Assembly: GCA_029008115.1 (NCBI GenBank)
Contig: JAQXJC010000049.1
Coordinates: forward strand, 27,818-91,817
Reading direction: 5' to 3'
From: Desulfovibrionaceae bacterium
GTDB lineage: Bacteria > Desulfobacterota > Desulfovibrionia > Desulfovibrionales > Desulfovibrionaceae
DNA length: 64,000 nucleotides
Each line of letters opens with the position of its first letter. Position 1 is the stretch's first letter. This document shows, one piece after another, positions 1 to 8,627 of this stretch. Made by a program: the position numbers and the translations under genes. The notes beneath the pieces are model-generated. The model saw nothing but the letters and a program-made list of their open reading frames with translations. It searched no databases and was not told where the DNA came from.

Positions 1-84
1 CTGAAGGCGCAGGAATGCTCGGTGGTGAAGACGCGCCGCATGACTGAGATGGTGCAGTACGACGGCAGGCAGTGGCGCTACTAA
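1..84 (+). CDS. 3' end of an unidentified CDS entering from upstream (...LKAQECSVVKTRRMTEMVQYDGRQWRY*)
   Basis: Frame 1 is open from base 1 to TAA at 82-84 and is followed by a hairpin plus T-run. Too short to name. Confidence 0.3.
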   Translation: MKAQECSVVKTRRMTEMVQYDGRQWRY

Positions 85-115
85 TGGTTTCGTCACGCTG
101 ACGCCGTGGAAAAGT

Positions 116-144
116 CCGTTCTCCGCAGGGAGGCGGGCTTTTTT
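116..144 (+). terminator. Rho-independent terminator candidate
   Basis: CCG-TT-CTCC [GCAG] GGAG-G-CGG interrupted stem followed by TTTTTT (139-144), 30 nt after the upstream stop codon. Confidence 0.45.
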
Positions 145-206
145 GTTGGGCTGTGCGCGGCCGGAACGGAGGGAGGCGGGATGGAGCCATCGCGGCCTGT
201 AAGAAA

Positions 207-245
207 AAAATATTTTTTATAATTACAGCATATTCAAAATATTTT
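207..245. promoter_or_regulatory. Two identical 10-bp palindromes AAAATATTTT (207-216 and 236-245) in an AT-rich island; possible activator/UAS sites
   Basis: Read directly from the sequence. Centres are 29 bp apart, about 90-130 bp upstream of the sigma54-like element at 332-346. Confidence 0.3.
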
Positions 246-331
246 CCGCGAAAAACAGGCTGCTCACCATGCCGCTTCTAAAAAAGCGCTTGGTGCAGCT
301 ATTTTTTTTTGCTATCGTATATGCCTGCAAG

Positions 332-346
332 TGGCCTGCCCCCTGC
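332..346 (+). promoter_or_regulatory. Sigma54-type (-24/-12) promoter candidate for the lactate operon
   Basis: TGGCCTGCCCCCTGC matches the TGGCAC-N5-TTGC spacing (GG-N10-GC), with A after the GC. It lies 220 nt upstream of the ATG at 566. Confidence 0.3.
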
Positions 347-565
347 AACAATGCCGGCGGCCAGGCTTTTCCGCAGTATCCCGGGCATCCTGACGGGGCG
401 GTTTCTGAACAGAAACAGAGCGGGAGCATGGGAAATACGCGGACTGTTTGAGTAAACAGCAGTTTTGTCTTTACATAAGGTGCGTGCTTTTGCTACAAGC
501 CAGATTGAGTAGTCAATGAACAGCAGGCTGTTGCGGCCTGTTGTAACCCGGCATAGGAGGTTCAG

Positions 566-1951
566 ATGCTTAGTACTGCTCTCATCAAGGATTTCGAAGC
601 GCTTCTCGGCAAGGCCAACGTGTTCAGCGATGAAGCCGACCTGCAAAGCTATTCATATGATTCCGCGGTGTTGAATCCCGTGACTCCGGCGCTGGTCGTG
701 CGTCCCACCACGACCGAGCAGCTCGGCAAGTGCGTGAAGATGCTGTATGACAACGGCATCCCCATGACCGTGCGCGGCGCCGGCACCAACCTGTCCGGTG
801 GCACCATTCCGGACAAGAGCGACACCGTGGTCATCCTGACCAACGCCCTGACCCGCATTCTCGAAATCAACGAGAATGACCTGTACGCCGTGGTCGAGCC
901 CGGCGTTGTCACGGCGCAGTTCGCCGTTGAAGTGGCCAAGCGCAAGCTGTTCTATCCCCCGGACCCCGGCTCTCAGGCCGTGTCCACCATCGCCGGCAAT
1001 ATCTGCGAGAACGCCGGCGGCCTGCGTGGCCTGAAGTACGGCGTGACCAAGGATTACGTCATGGGGATCGAGTTCTTTGACGCCACCGGCGAAGTCGTGA
1101 AGTCCGGCTCCCGCACGGTGAAATGCGTGACCGGCTATAACCTCGCCGGCATGATGGTGCAGTCTGAAGGCACGCTGGGCGTCATCTCTCAGGCCATTCT
1201 CAAGCTCGTGCCCCCGCCGAAGGCGCAGAAGGCCCTCATGGCCACCTTTGCCGACGTGCAGGATGCCGCCGACGCCGTGGCCGGCATCATCGCCGCGCAC
1301 GTTGTGCCCTGTACCCTGGAATTCTTGGACAACAATACCATCGTGAAGGTGGACGACTACACCAAGGCCGGCCTGCCCGTGGATGCCGCCGCCATCCTGC
1401 TCATCGAAGTGGATGGCCATCCGGCCCAGGTGGCTGACGAAGCCGTGGTGGTGGAAAAGGTCCTGAAGGAATGCAAGGCCACTGCCGTGCATGTCGCCAA
1501 GGATGAAGCCGAAAAGTTCAAGCTGTGGGAGGCCCGCCGTCAGGCCCTGCCCGTGCTGGCCCGCTGCCGTCCCACCACCGTGCTGGAAGACGCCACCGTG
1601 CCGCGTTCGCAGATTCCTGCCATGATGAAGGCCCTGGGCGAAATCGCCGCCAAGTACAAGGTGGACATGGGCACCTTTGGTCACGCCGGCGACGGCAACC
1701 TGCATCCCACCATCCTGTGCGACCGGCGCGATCCTGAAGAGTTCGCCCGCGTGGAAGGCGCCGTTGACGAAATCTTCAATGTGGCTCTTTCCCTGGGCGG
1801 CACGCTGTCCGGCGAACACGGCATCGGTACCGCCAAGGCCAAGTGGATGGAAAAGGAAACCTCCCGCGGCACCATCATGTTCTCCAAGCGGCTGCGCAAG
1901 GCGCTGGATCCCAAGGGCCTGCTGAATCCCACCAAGCTGGTGGGCATTTAG
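566..1951 (+). CDS. glcD: FAD-linked oxidase of the GlcD family, probable D-lactate dehydrogenase catalytic subunit
   Basis: 461 aa, ATG preceded by AGGAGG. FAD-binding PCMH-type N-domain (VRGAGTNLSGG) and GlcD-type C-terminus (GHAGDGNLHP, SGEHGIG). Followed by a GlcF-like Fe-S partner. Confidence 0.85.
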   Translation: MLSTALIKDFEALLGKANVFSDEADLQSYSYDSAVLNPVTPALVVRPTTTEQLGKCVKMLYDNGIPMTVRGAGTNLSGGTIPDKSDTVVILTNALTRILEINENDLYAVVEPGVVTAQFAVEVAKRKLFYPPDPGSQAVSTIAGNICENAGGLRGLKYGVTKDYVMGIEFFDATGEVVKSGSRTVKCVTGYNLAGMMVQSEGTLGVISQAILKLVPPPKAQKALMATFADVQDAADAVAGIIAAHVVPCTLEFLDNNTIVKVDDYTKAGLPVDAAAILLIEVDGHPAQVADEAVVVEKVLKECKATAVHVAKDEAEKFKLWEARRQALPVLARCRPTTVLEDATVPRSQIPAMMKALGEIAAKYKVDMGTFGHAGDGNLHPTILCDRRDPEEFARVEGAVDEIFNVALSLGGTLSGEHGIGTAKAKWMEKETSRGTIMFSKRLRKALDPKGLLNPTKLVGI

Positions 1952-2007
1952 TGGTCTGTTTCCAAGTCCGACGTTTTGCATCCTCCGCGGAGGAATGAGG
2001 AGCTGTT

Positions 2008-3303
2008 ATGAGCGATTTGAATAGTCTTGCGCAGCGCCTGATGGCGCTGGATGACAAGCTGGTCGCCTGCATGCGGTGCGGCATGTGCCAGGCCGTGTGC
2101 CCCATGTTCGGCGCGACCATGATGGAAGCCGACGTTGCCCGCGGCAAGCTGGCGCTGGTGAGCAATCTGGCCCACAGGATGATCGAGGACCCGCAGGCCG
2201 TGGCCGACAAGCTGGGCCGCTGCCTGCTGTGCGGTTCCTGCCAGGCCAACTGTCCGTCTGGCGTGCATATCATGGACATCTTCATGGAAGCACGCGAGAT
2301 CGTCTATAACTACATCGGCCTGCATCCGCTGAAGAAGCTGATCTTCCGCTTCCTGCTGCCGAATCCCGGCCTGTTCTCGCTGGGCATGCGCATTGGCGCT
2401 CCCTGCCAGGGCCTGCTCTTCAAGAGCAAGAACAATGTGCAGGAAACCACCGCCGCCCCCCTGCTGGACGGCATTCTGGGCGCGCGCCATATCCGCAGCC
2501 TCGCCCCCAAGTCCCTGCTGGCCCTTGAAGGCGCGCAGGATACGCCCGCCGGCGCCAGCGGCATCAAGGTAGCCTTCTATCCCGGCTGCATGGGCGACAA
2601 GTTCTATGTCAGCATGGGGCAGGCCTGCCTGAAGGTGCTGCGTCATCACGGCGTGGGCATCTACATGCCCAAGGGCTTTGCCTGCTGCGGCATTCCGGCC
2701 CTGTCCTCCGGTGATGCGGAAGGCATGCTCAAGGAGATGAAGGTCAGCCTGGCCGAATTCGCCAAGGGTGAGTTCGACTATGTGGTCACGCCCTGCGCGT
2801 CCTGCACGTCCACCATCAAGGAGCTGTGGCCCCGCTATGCCGGCCGCATCGGCGAGGCGGAACAGGCGCAGGCCGAGGCCCTGTCCGCCAAGACCATGGA
2901 CATCAACGCATTCCTCATCAATGTGCTGAAGGTGGAGCCCAAGGCCGCCCCCGCCGACAATGCCGTGCCCGTGACCTACCACGATTCCTGTCACATGAAG
3001 AAATCGCTGGGCGTGGTGCGGGAACCGCGTGCCGTCATCGGTCTGAACCCCGGCTACAGGCTGGTGGAAATGGCGGAAGCCGACCGCTGCTGCGGCTGCG
3101 GCGGTTCCTTCAACCTCTTCCATTACGATCTCTCCCGTCAGATCGGCCAGCGCAAGCGTAACAATGTGGTGGCCAGCGGCGCAAAGGTTGCCGCGGCAGG
3201 CTGCCCCGCCTGCATGATGCAGCTGGAAGACGTGCTTTCGCAGAACGGCGACCCCGTGGAAGTGAAGCACACCATCGAGCTGTATGCCGAGACGCTGAAA
3301 TAG
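2008..3303 (+). CDS. GlcF/GlpC-type Fe-S oxidoreductase subunit (2x[4Fe-4S] plus two CCG domains)
   Basis: 431 aa. CMRCGMCQAVCP and CLLCGSCQANCP ferredoxin motifs, then the Cys-rich CCG-type motifs FYPGC...ACCG and HDSCH...CCGCGG. Confidence 0.85.
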   Translation: MSDLNSLAQRLMALDDKLVACMRCGMCQAVCPMFGATMMEADVARGKLALVSNLAHRMIEDPQAVADKLGRCLLCGSCQANCPSGVHIMDIFMEAREIVYNYIGLHPLKKLIFRFLLPNPGLFSLGMRIGAPCQGLLFKSKNNVQETTAAPLLDGILGARHIRSLAPKSLLALEGAQDTPAGASGIKVAFYPGCMGDKFYVSMGQACLKVLRHHGVGIYMPKGFACCGIPALSSGDAEGMLKEMKVSLAEFAKGEFDYVVTPCASCTSTIKELWPRYAGRIGEAEQAQAEALSAKTMDINAFLINVLKVEPKAAPADNAVPVTYHDSCHMKKSLGVVREPRAVIGLNPGYRLVEMAEADRCCGCGGSFNLFHYDLSRQIGQRKRNNVVASGAKVAAAGCPACMMQLEDVLSQNGDPVEVKHTIELYAETLK

Positions 3304-3372
3304 CAAAAAACATCGATCGTCCCCTTGGCGACAGGGGGACGATCCTTTACAGGAAAAGGAAGGAGAATCCTT

Positions 3373-4008
3373 ATGTCCCAAGCAACTCCGGAAGTTTTGG
3401 AAAACTTCAAAGCCAAGGCCGGCCTGTGCGGCGCCACGGTTGTTGAAGCCGCTTCCCTGTCCGAAGTCGCGCAGTATGTCGTGGACGTTTGCGCGAACAA
3501 GACCCCCTGCGAAATCCTCGCAGACGAGCCCGGCGTGGCCGTTGGCCCCGAAAAGGGCCCCAATGGCATGCCCACCCGCGCCCAGCGCATCATCGCCGCT
3601 CCCTGTGTGGACGAAAAGGTCTTTGCCGAGCTGAAGAAACTGGCCGAGGAAAAGGGCTTTGCCTGCCTCGACGGCGGCCTGCGCAAGCACCTTTCCGGCA
3701 TTGATGTGGGTCTGTCCTTTGCCAAGTGCGGCGTTGCCGCCAGCGGCACCTGCCTTGTGGCCGGCACGGATGAAGATGCCCGCCTCGCCGGCATGATTTC
3801 CGAAATCAACGTGGTTGTGCTGAACAAGTCCGCCATCTATCCCGACCTGCCGTCCGTGTGCGGCATTCTGCGCGATTTGCAGAAGGACGGCCAGATCAGC
3901 TACAATACCTTCATCTCCGGTCCCAGCCGCACAGCCGACATTGAGCGCGTTCCCGCCGTCGGCGTGCATGGTCCGCTGGAACTGCACATCATTCTTCTGG
4001 AGGACTAG
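3373..4008 (+). CDS. lutC: LutC-like LUD-domain protein (L-lactate utilisation subunit)
   Basis: Start moved to ATG 3373 (GGAAGGAGAA upstream), giving 211 aa. LutC size and position immediately upstream of the LutB-like gene. The family call is from overall similarity as I recall it. Confidence 0.7.
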   Translation: MSQATPEVLENFKAKAGLCGATVVEAASLSEVAQYVVDVCANKTPCEILADEPGVAVGPEKGPNGMPTRAQRIIAAPCVDEKVFAELKKLAEEKGFACLDGGLRKHLSGIDVGLSFAKCGVAASGTCLVAGTDEDARLAGMISEINVVVLNKSAIYPDLPSVCGILRDLQKDGQISYNTFISGPSRTADIERVPAVGVHGPLELHIILLED

Positions 4009-4013
4009 TTCCC

Positions 4014-6167
4014 ATGCATGAAGCCCCCAAGACTCTTTCGGAATACCGGAAGAACATCGAAGAAGCGCTGAACGACGAGTACCTGCGCAAAACCTTGGAC
4101 ACCTTCGCCGTGGCCTATCGCGCCAACCGCGAAGTGGTCTTCCAGGAAGTGGATGAAAAGGCTCTGATCCGTCAGATTGCCGATGCCAAGGACGATGCCG
4201 CCAAGCACATGGATGAACTGTATGAACAGTTCAAGGCTGAAGCTGAAAAGCGCGGCGTCATTGTGCACCGCGCCGCCACGGCTACCGAGGCGAATGAAAT
4301 CATCGCCAAGATTGCCAGGGAAAACGGTTGCAAGCGCATCGTGAAGTCCAAGTCCATGACGGCTGAGGAAACTCAGCTGAACGTCCGTCTGGAGCAGGAC
4401 GGCCTCATCGTGGATGAGACGGACCTGGGCGAATGGATTATCCAGCTGCGCCATGAAGGCCCCTCGCACATGGTCATGCCCGCCATTCACCTGAACCGCT
4501 ATCAGGTGGCGGACGACTTTGAGAAGGAAACCGGCGAAAAGCAGGACACCGACGTGCAGAAGCTCGTGAAGGTGGCCCGCGTCCAGCTGCGCCGCAAGTT
4601 TATCAATGCGGACATGGGCATCTCCGGCGCCAACTTCTGCGTGGCCGAAACCGGCGCCATTGCCACCGTCACCAACGAAGGCAACGCCCGCATGGTCACC
4701 ACGCTGCCGCGCGTCCATGTGGCGCTGGCCGGTCTGGACAAGCTCATCCCCACGCTGGATGTGGCCATGACGGCCCTTCAGGTGCTGCCCCGCAACGCCA
4801 CTGCCCAGCGCCTGACCTCCTACGTGACGTGGATGTGCGGCGCCTCTCCCTGCGCCGCTTCCCCCACGGGCAAGAAGATCATGCACGTGGTCATGCTGGA
4901 CAACGGTCGTTCCGCCATTGCCAAGGACCCGCTGTTCTCGCAGATTTTCCGCTGCGTGCGCTGCGGCGCCTGCGCCAACGTCTGCCCCGTGTTCCGTATG
5001 GTTGGCGGTCACAAGATGGGCTACATCTACATCGGCGCCATCGGCCTCATCCTGACCTACTTCTTCCACGGCCGCGAAAATGCCAAGGCCCTGTGCCAGA
5101 ACTGCATCGGCTGTGAATCCTGCAAGAACGTGTGCGCCGGCGGCATCGACCTGCCCCGCCTTATCCGTGAAATTCGCGCCCGCCTCACCGACGAGGTCGG
5201 CCCGAACCCCATGGGCAGCATGATGACCGTGGCCATGAAGAACCGCCACGTCTTCCATACCCTGCTGAAGTTCGCCAAGTTTGCCCAGCTTCCCTTCACC
5301 GGCGGCGCGCAGTTCCAGCGTCACCTGCCGGCCTTCTTCCTGGGCGAGCATGGCTACAAGGCCCTGCCGGCCATTGCCAGCAAGGCCTTCCGCGATCGCT
5401 TCCCGGCCATCAAGCCCAACCTGCCCGCACCCCGCTTCCGCGTGGCCCTGTTCTCCGGCTGCGCGCAGGACTTCGTCTATCCCGAAGAACTGGAAGCCTG
5501 CGTGAAGCTGCTGGCCGCCCACAATGTGGAAGTGGACTTCCCCATGGAGCAGACCTGCTGCGGCTTGCCTCTGGATACCATGGGCCAGCGCAAGACGGCC
5601 GTCGACGTGGCCGAGCAGAATGTGAAGGCCTTTGACGCCGGCCGCTACGACGCCATCGTCACCCTGTGCACCAGCTGCGCTTCCTTCCTGAAGCACAACT
5701 ATCCCCAGCTGCTGGCCGATGGCGGCAAGGCCCATACCGCCAGCGCCTTTGCTGCCAAGGTCATGGACTTCAGCTCCTTCGTGCATGACGTGCTGGGCCT
5801 GAAGCCTTCCGACTTCAACAACTCCGGCGAAAAGGTGACCTACCATGCCTCCTGTCACCTGTGCCGCGGTCTTGGCGTGCACGAGGCGCCGCGCAACCTC
5901 ATCGCTGATGCGGCCACCTATGTGCCCTGCAATGAAGAAGAGGTCTGCTGCGGCTTTGGCGGCACCTATTCGGTGAAGTTCCCCGAAATCTCCGCCCGTC
6001 TGCTGGACAAGAAGCTGAAGAACATTGAGGAAACCGGCGCCACCCGCGTGGTGGTGGACTGCCCCGGCTGCATCATGCAGCTGCGCGGCGGCGTGGAAAA
6101 GAAGGGCCTCAAGGTGAAGGTTTCTCACATGTCCGAGCTGCTGGCCGAGAACATGAAGAAAAAGTAG
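4014..6167 (+). CDS. lutB: LutB-LutA fusion: Fe-S lactate-oxidation protein (LUD domain plus 2x[4Fe-4S] plus two C-terminal CCG domains)
   Basis: 717 aa. CVRCGACANVCP and CIGCESCKNVCAGG in the middle. The C-terminal half carries LFSGCAQD...QTCCGLP and YHASCH...VCCGFGG, as in LutA/GlcF. Confidence 0.85.
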   Translation: MHEAPKTLSEYRKNIEEALNDEYLRKTLDTFAVAYRANREVVFQEVDEKALIRQIADAKDDAAKHMDELYEQFKAEAEKRGVIVHRAATATEANEIIAKIARENGCKRIVKSKSMTAEETQLNVRLEQDGLIVDETDLGEWIIQLRHEGPSHMVMPAIHLNRYQVADDFEKETGEKQDTDVQKLVKVARVQLRRKFINADMGISGANFCVAETGAIATVTNEGNARMVTTLPRVHVALAGLDKLIPTLDVAMTALQVLPRNATAQRLTSYVTWMCGASPCAASPTGKKIMHVVMLDNGRSAIAKDPLFSQIFRCVRCGACANVCPVFRMVGGHKMGYIYIGAIGLILTYFFHGRENAKALCQNCIGCESCKNVCAGGIDLPRLIREIRARLTDEVGPNPMGSMMTVAMKNRHVFHTLLKFAKFAQLPFTGGAQFQRHLPAFFLGEHGYKALPAIASKAFRDRFPAIKPNLPAPRFRVALFSGCAQDFVYPEELEACVKLLAAHNVEVDFPMEQTCCGLPLDTMGQRKTAVDVAEQNVKAFDAGRYDAIVTLCTSCASFLKHNYPQLLADGGKAHTASAFAAKVMDFSSFVHDVLGLKPSDFNNSGEKVTYHASCHLCRGLGVHEAPRNLIADAATYVPCNEEEVCCGFGGTYSVKFPEISARLLDKKLKNIEETGATRVVVDCPGCIMQLRGGVEKKGLKVKVSHMSELLAENMKKK

Positions 6168-6180
6168 CGATTGAGCACGG

Positions 6181-6208
6181 GCCGGAGGCTCTGAGGAGGG
6201 CCTCCGGC
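6181..6208 (+). other. Intercistronic perfect 9-bp hairpin (GCCGGAGGC-N10-GCCTCCGGC) with no T-run
   Basis: Read from the sequence between the lutB stop (6167) and the lctP start (6343). Could be an mRNA processing or stability element rather than a terminator. Confidence 0.35.
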
Positions 6209-6342
6209 TGGCTATAGATGTCCGGGACCGACTTCCGCCGGCGGCATTGCGCGGCTGGTTTCCCTGCGTGCCGCGCGGAGCGGCTGGCGGCGGGAAGAAC
6301 GGCGGGCCCGGGCAACAACCCCGTTACAAGAGGAGTTTTGGG

Positions 6343-8055
6343 ATGAGTGTTGAACTGTTGGCGTTATTTGCGATTTGCCCCATTCTGGTGGCCCTCGTGC
6401 TCATGGTCGGCTTGCGCTGGCCGTCTACGCGCGCCATGCCGCTGGCCTTCCTGACCGGCGCCGCTCTGGCCATGGGCGTCTGGAAAATGCCTGCCCTCCA
6501 GATTTCCGCCCTGTTTATCGAAGGCGTCATTACCGCCGTCGGCGTTCTCATCATCGTTTTCGGTGCATTGTTGATTTACTATACAATGCAGGAAAGCGGG
6601 GCCATGGAAACCATCCAGGCCGGTATGACCAAGATCAGCCCTGACCGCCGCATCCAGGCCATTATCATCGGCTTCATGTTTGCGGCCTTCATCGAAGGTG
6701 CAGCCGGCTTCGGCACGCCCGCCGCTCTGGCCGCTCCGCTGCTGCTGGGCCTGGGCTTCCCTCCGATCTGCGCGGCTGTTATCTGCCTGGTGTTCAACTC
6801 CGTGCCTGTGACCTTCGGCGCGGTGGGCACGCCCGTGCTGGTGGGCTTCAAGTCCATTGAAGCCATCGCCATGCAGGCCGCCGGTGTGACCGACCCCGCT
6901 CTGGTCTATAAGACCATCGGCGAATACGCCACGCTGATGCACCTGCCCATGGCCTTCATCCTGCCCATCTTCATGCTGGGCTTCATGACTCGCTTCTATG
7001 GCAAGAATAAGTCTTGGGCTGAAGGTTTCGCCGCATGGAAGTACTGCATCATGGCTTCCATCTGCTTTGTGATTCCCTACCTCGCGCTGGCCTGGCTGGT
7101 CGGCCCCGAGCTGCCTTCTCTGCTGGGCGGCATTATCGGTCTCGGCATTCTCGTTGTCCTTACCAAGAACGGCGTGTGCGTTCCCAAGACCGTATGGACC
7201 TTCGACGATCCCGAGAACTGGGATCCCAACTGGACTGGTGAAATTTCGGCTTCCAATGTTACCGAATTCAAGGAACACATGTCTCAGACCATGGCATGGA
7301 TGCCCTATATCCTCTGCGGTCTGCTGCTCGTTGTTACCCGCGTTCCTGCGTTCCATGTCGGCGCTCTCATCAAGGGCACTGTTACCGTAGGCCTTACTGA
7401 CATTCTCGGCCTCAAGGCTGCAATGGCCGGTATTGCCGGCTATGAAGCATTCAAGGGCATCAGCGCTTCCATCGACCTGCTGTGGCTTCCCGGTACCATT
7501 CCTTTCATCCTGGTTTCTCTGCTGACCATTGTCATGCACCGCATGAGCGGCAAGGCTACGGCCACCGCCTGGGGCACGGCGCTTGCCAAGATGAAGGCTC
7601 CTACCATTGCTCTGCTCGCAGCCGTTGCTCTGGTTTCCATCTTCAAGGGTTCCGCGTTCAACCCTGCCGGTTACGTTTCCATGCCTATGGCTCTTGCCAA
7701 GACTATCGCCGCTGTTGCCGGTAATGCCTGGCCTGCCTTGGCTTCCTATGCCGGCGGTCTCGGCGCCTTCATCACCGGCTCCAACACCGTGTCCGACATG
7801 CTGTTCGCCAACTTCCAGTGGGATACGGCCACGGCTCTCGGCTATGACATGTTCGGTCACTACATCATCGTGGCCGCGCAGGGCGTTGGCGGTGCCATGG
7901 GCAACATGATCTGCGTGCACAACATCGTGGCCGCCTGCGCCGTGTGCGGTCTGATTGGTAAGGAAGGCTTCATTCTGAAGCGTACTTTCTGGCCCTTCAT
8001 GCTGTACTCCATCCCGGTGGGCATCGTCGCCTCCGTGCTGATCTTCTGCCGCTAG
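6343..8055 (+). CDS. lctP: L-lactate permease (LctP family)
   Basis: Start moved from TTG 6247 to ATG 6343 (AGGAG at 6331), giving 570 aa. Polytopic membrane protein with typical LctP N-terminus (LLALFAICPILVALVLMV...) and length. Confidence 0.85.
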   Translation: MSVELLALFAICPILVALVLMVGLRWPSTRAMPLAFLTGAALAMGVWKMPALQISALFIEGVITAVGVLIIVFGALLIYYTMQESGAMETIQAGMTKISPDRRIQAIIIGFMFAAFIEGAAGFGTPAALAAPLLLGLGFPPICAAVICLVFNSVPVTFGAVGTPVLVGFKSIEAIAMQAAGVTDPALVYKTIGEYATLMHLPMAFILPIFMLGFMTRFYGKNKSWAEGFAAWKYCIMASICFVIPYLALAWLVGPELPSLLGGIIGLGILVVLTKNGVCVPKTVWTFDDPENWDPNWTGEISASNVTEFKEHMSQTMAWMPYILCGLLLVVTRVPAFHVGALIKGTVTVGLTDILGLKAAMAGIAGYEAFKGISASIDLLWLPGTIPFILVSLLTIVMHRMSGKATATAWGTALAKMKAPTIALLAAVALVSIFKGSAFNPAGYVSMPMALAKTIAAVAGNAWPALASYAGGLGAFITGSNTVSDMLFANFQWDTATALGYDMFGHYIIVAAQGVGGAMGNMICVHNIVAACAVCGLIGKEGFILKRTFWPFMLYSIPVGIVASVLIFCR

Positions 8056-8093
8056 GCGAAGTCCCTTCGGGCGCGTGAGTGCCTGAATATCAG

Positions 8094-8122
8094 GGCCCCG
8101 TGGTATTGCCGCGGGGCCTTTT
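8094..8122. terminator. Terminator hairpin between convergent lctP and the small DMT gene
   Basis: GGCCCCG-N11-CGGGGCC followed by TTTT on the + strand. Located 39 nt after the lctP stop. Confidence 0.6.
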
Positions 8123-8135
8123 CGCATGCTGCTTC

Positions 8136-8561
8136 CTATCTGTTGAGGAAATAGAGCCCGGCAAGGCAGAAGCCCATGCCGATCGCCTTGTCCAGCGTGA
8201 TCTGCTCGTGATAGAAGAGCAGGCCCACGATAAAGAGCACGAGCGCCAGCGAAATATTGGCGGTGAGCGAGGCACTGTTGATGGCCCAGCCTGCGCGATA
8301 CATGAAGATGTAGCCGGTTTCGATACCCAGAATGGCAATCCCCAGGGCAAAGGTCGTCCAGTTCACGGCGCGGAGGTCGTCCGGCAGATGGCGCGGCCCC
8401 GCGGTGGCGCAGTAGAGCAGAAAGGTCACCAGTGCGGCAATCAGGTAGGTGAGCAGCAGGGAGGCCAGCGCGTTGACCTCGCGCGGCGTCTCCCTGGCGC
8501 AGAGATTGTAGAGGACGTTGGCGGCGATGACCAGCAGAACGGGCCAGATATAGGCGAACAT
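8136..8561 (-). CDS. Half-size EamA/DMT-like small membrane protein
   Basis: ATG 8561 with GAAGGAG 9 nt upstream (the track start 8582 is TTG), giving 141 aa. About 4-5 hydrophobic helices, resembling a single EamA repeat. Lies 66 nt downstream of mdtC. Confidence 0.6.
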   Translation of the reverse strand: MFAYIWPVLLVIAANVLYNLCARETPREVNALASLLLTYLIAALVTFLLYCATAGPRHLPDDLRAVNWTTFALGIAILGIETGYIFMYRAGWAINSASLTANISLALVLFIVGLLFYHEQITLDKAIGMGFCLAGLYFLNR

Positions 8562-8627
8562 GGAAGGCAGCTCCTTCGGCAATGGCCGGTTTGTCCGGCG
8601 GCATATTCCGGCGGACGCTCTTTCCGC

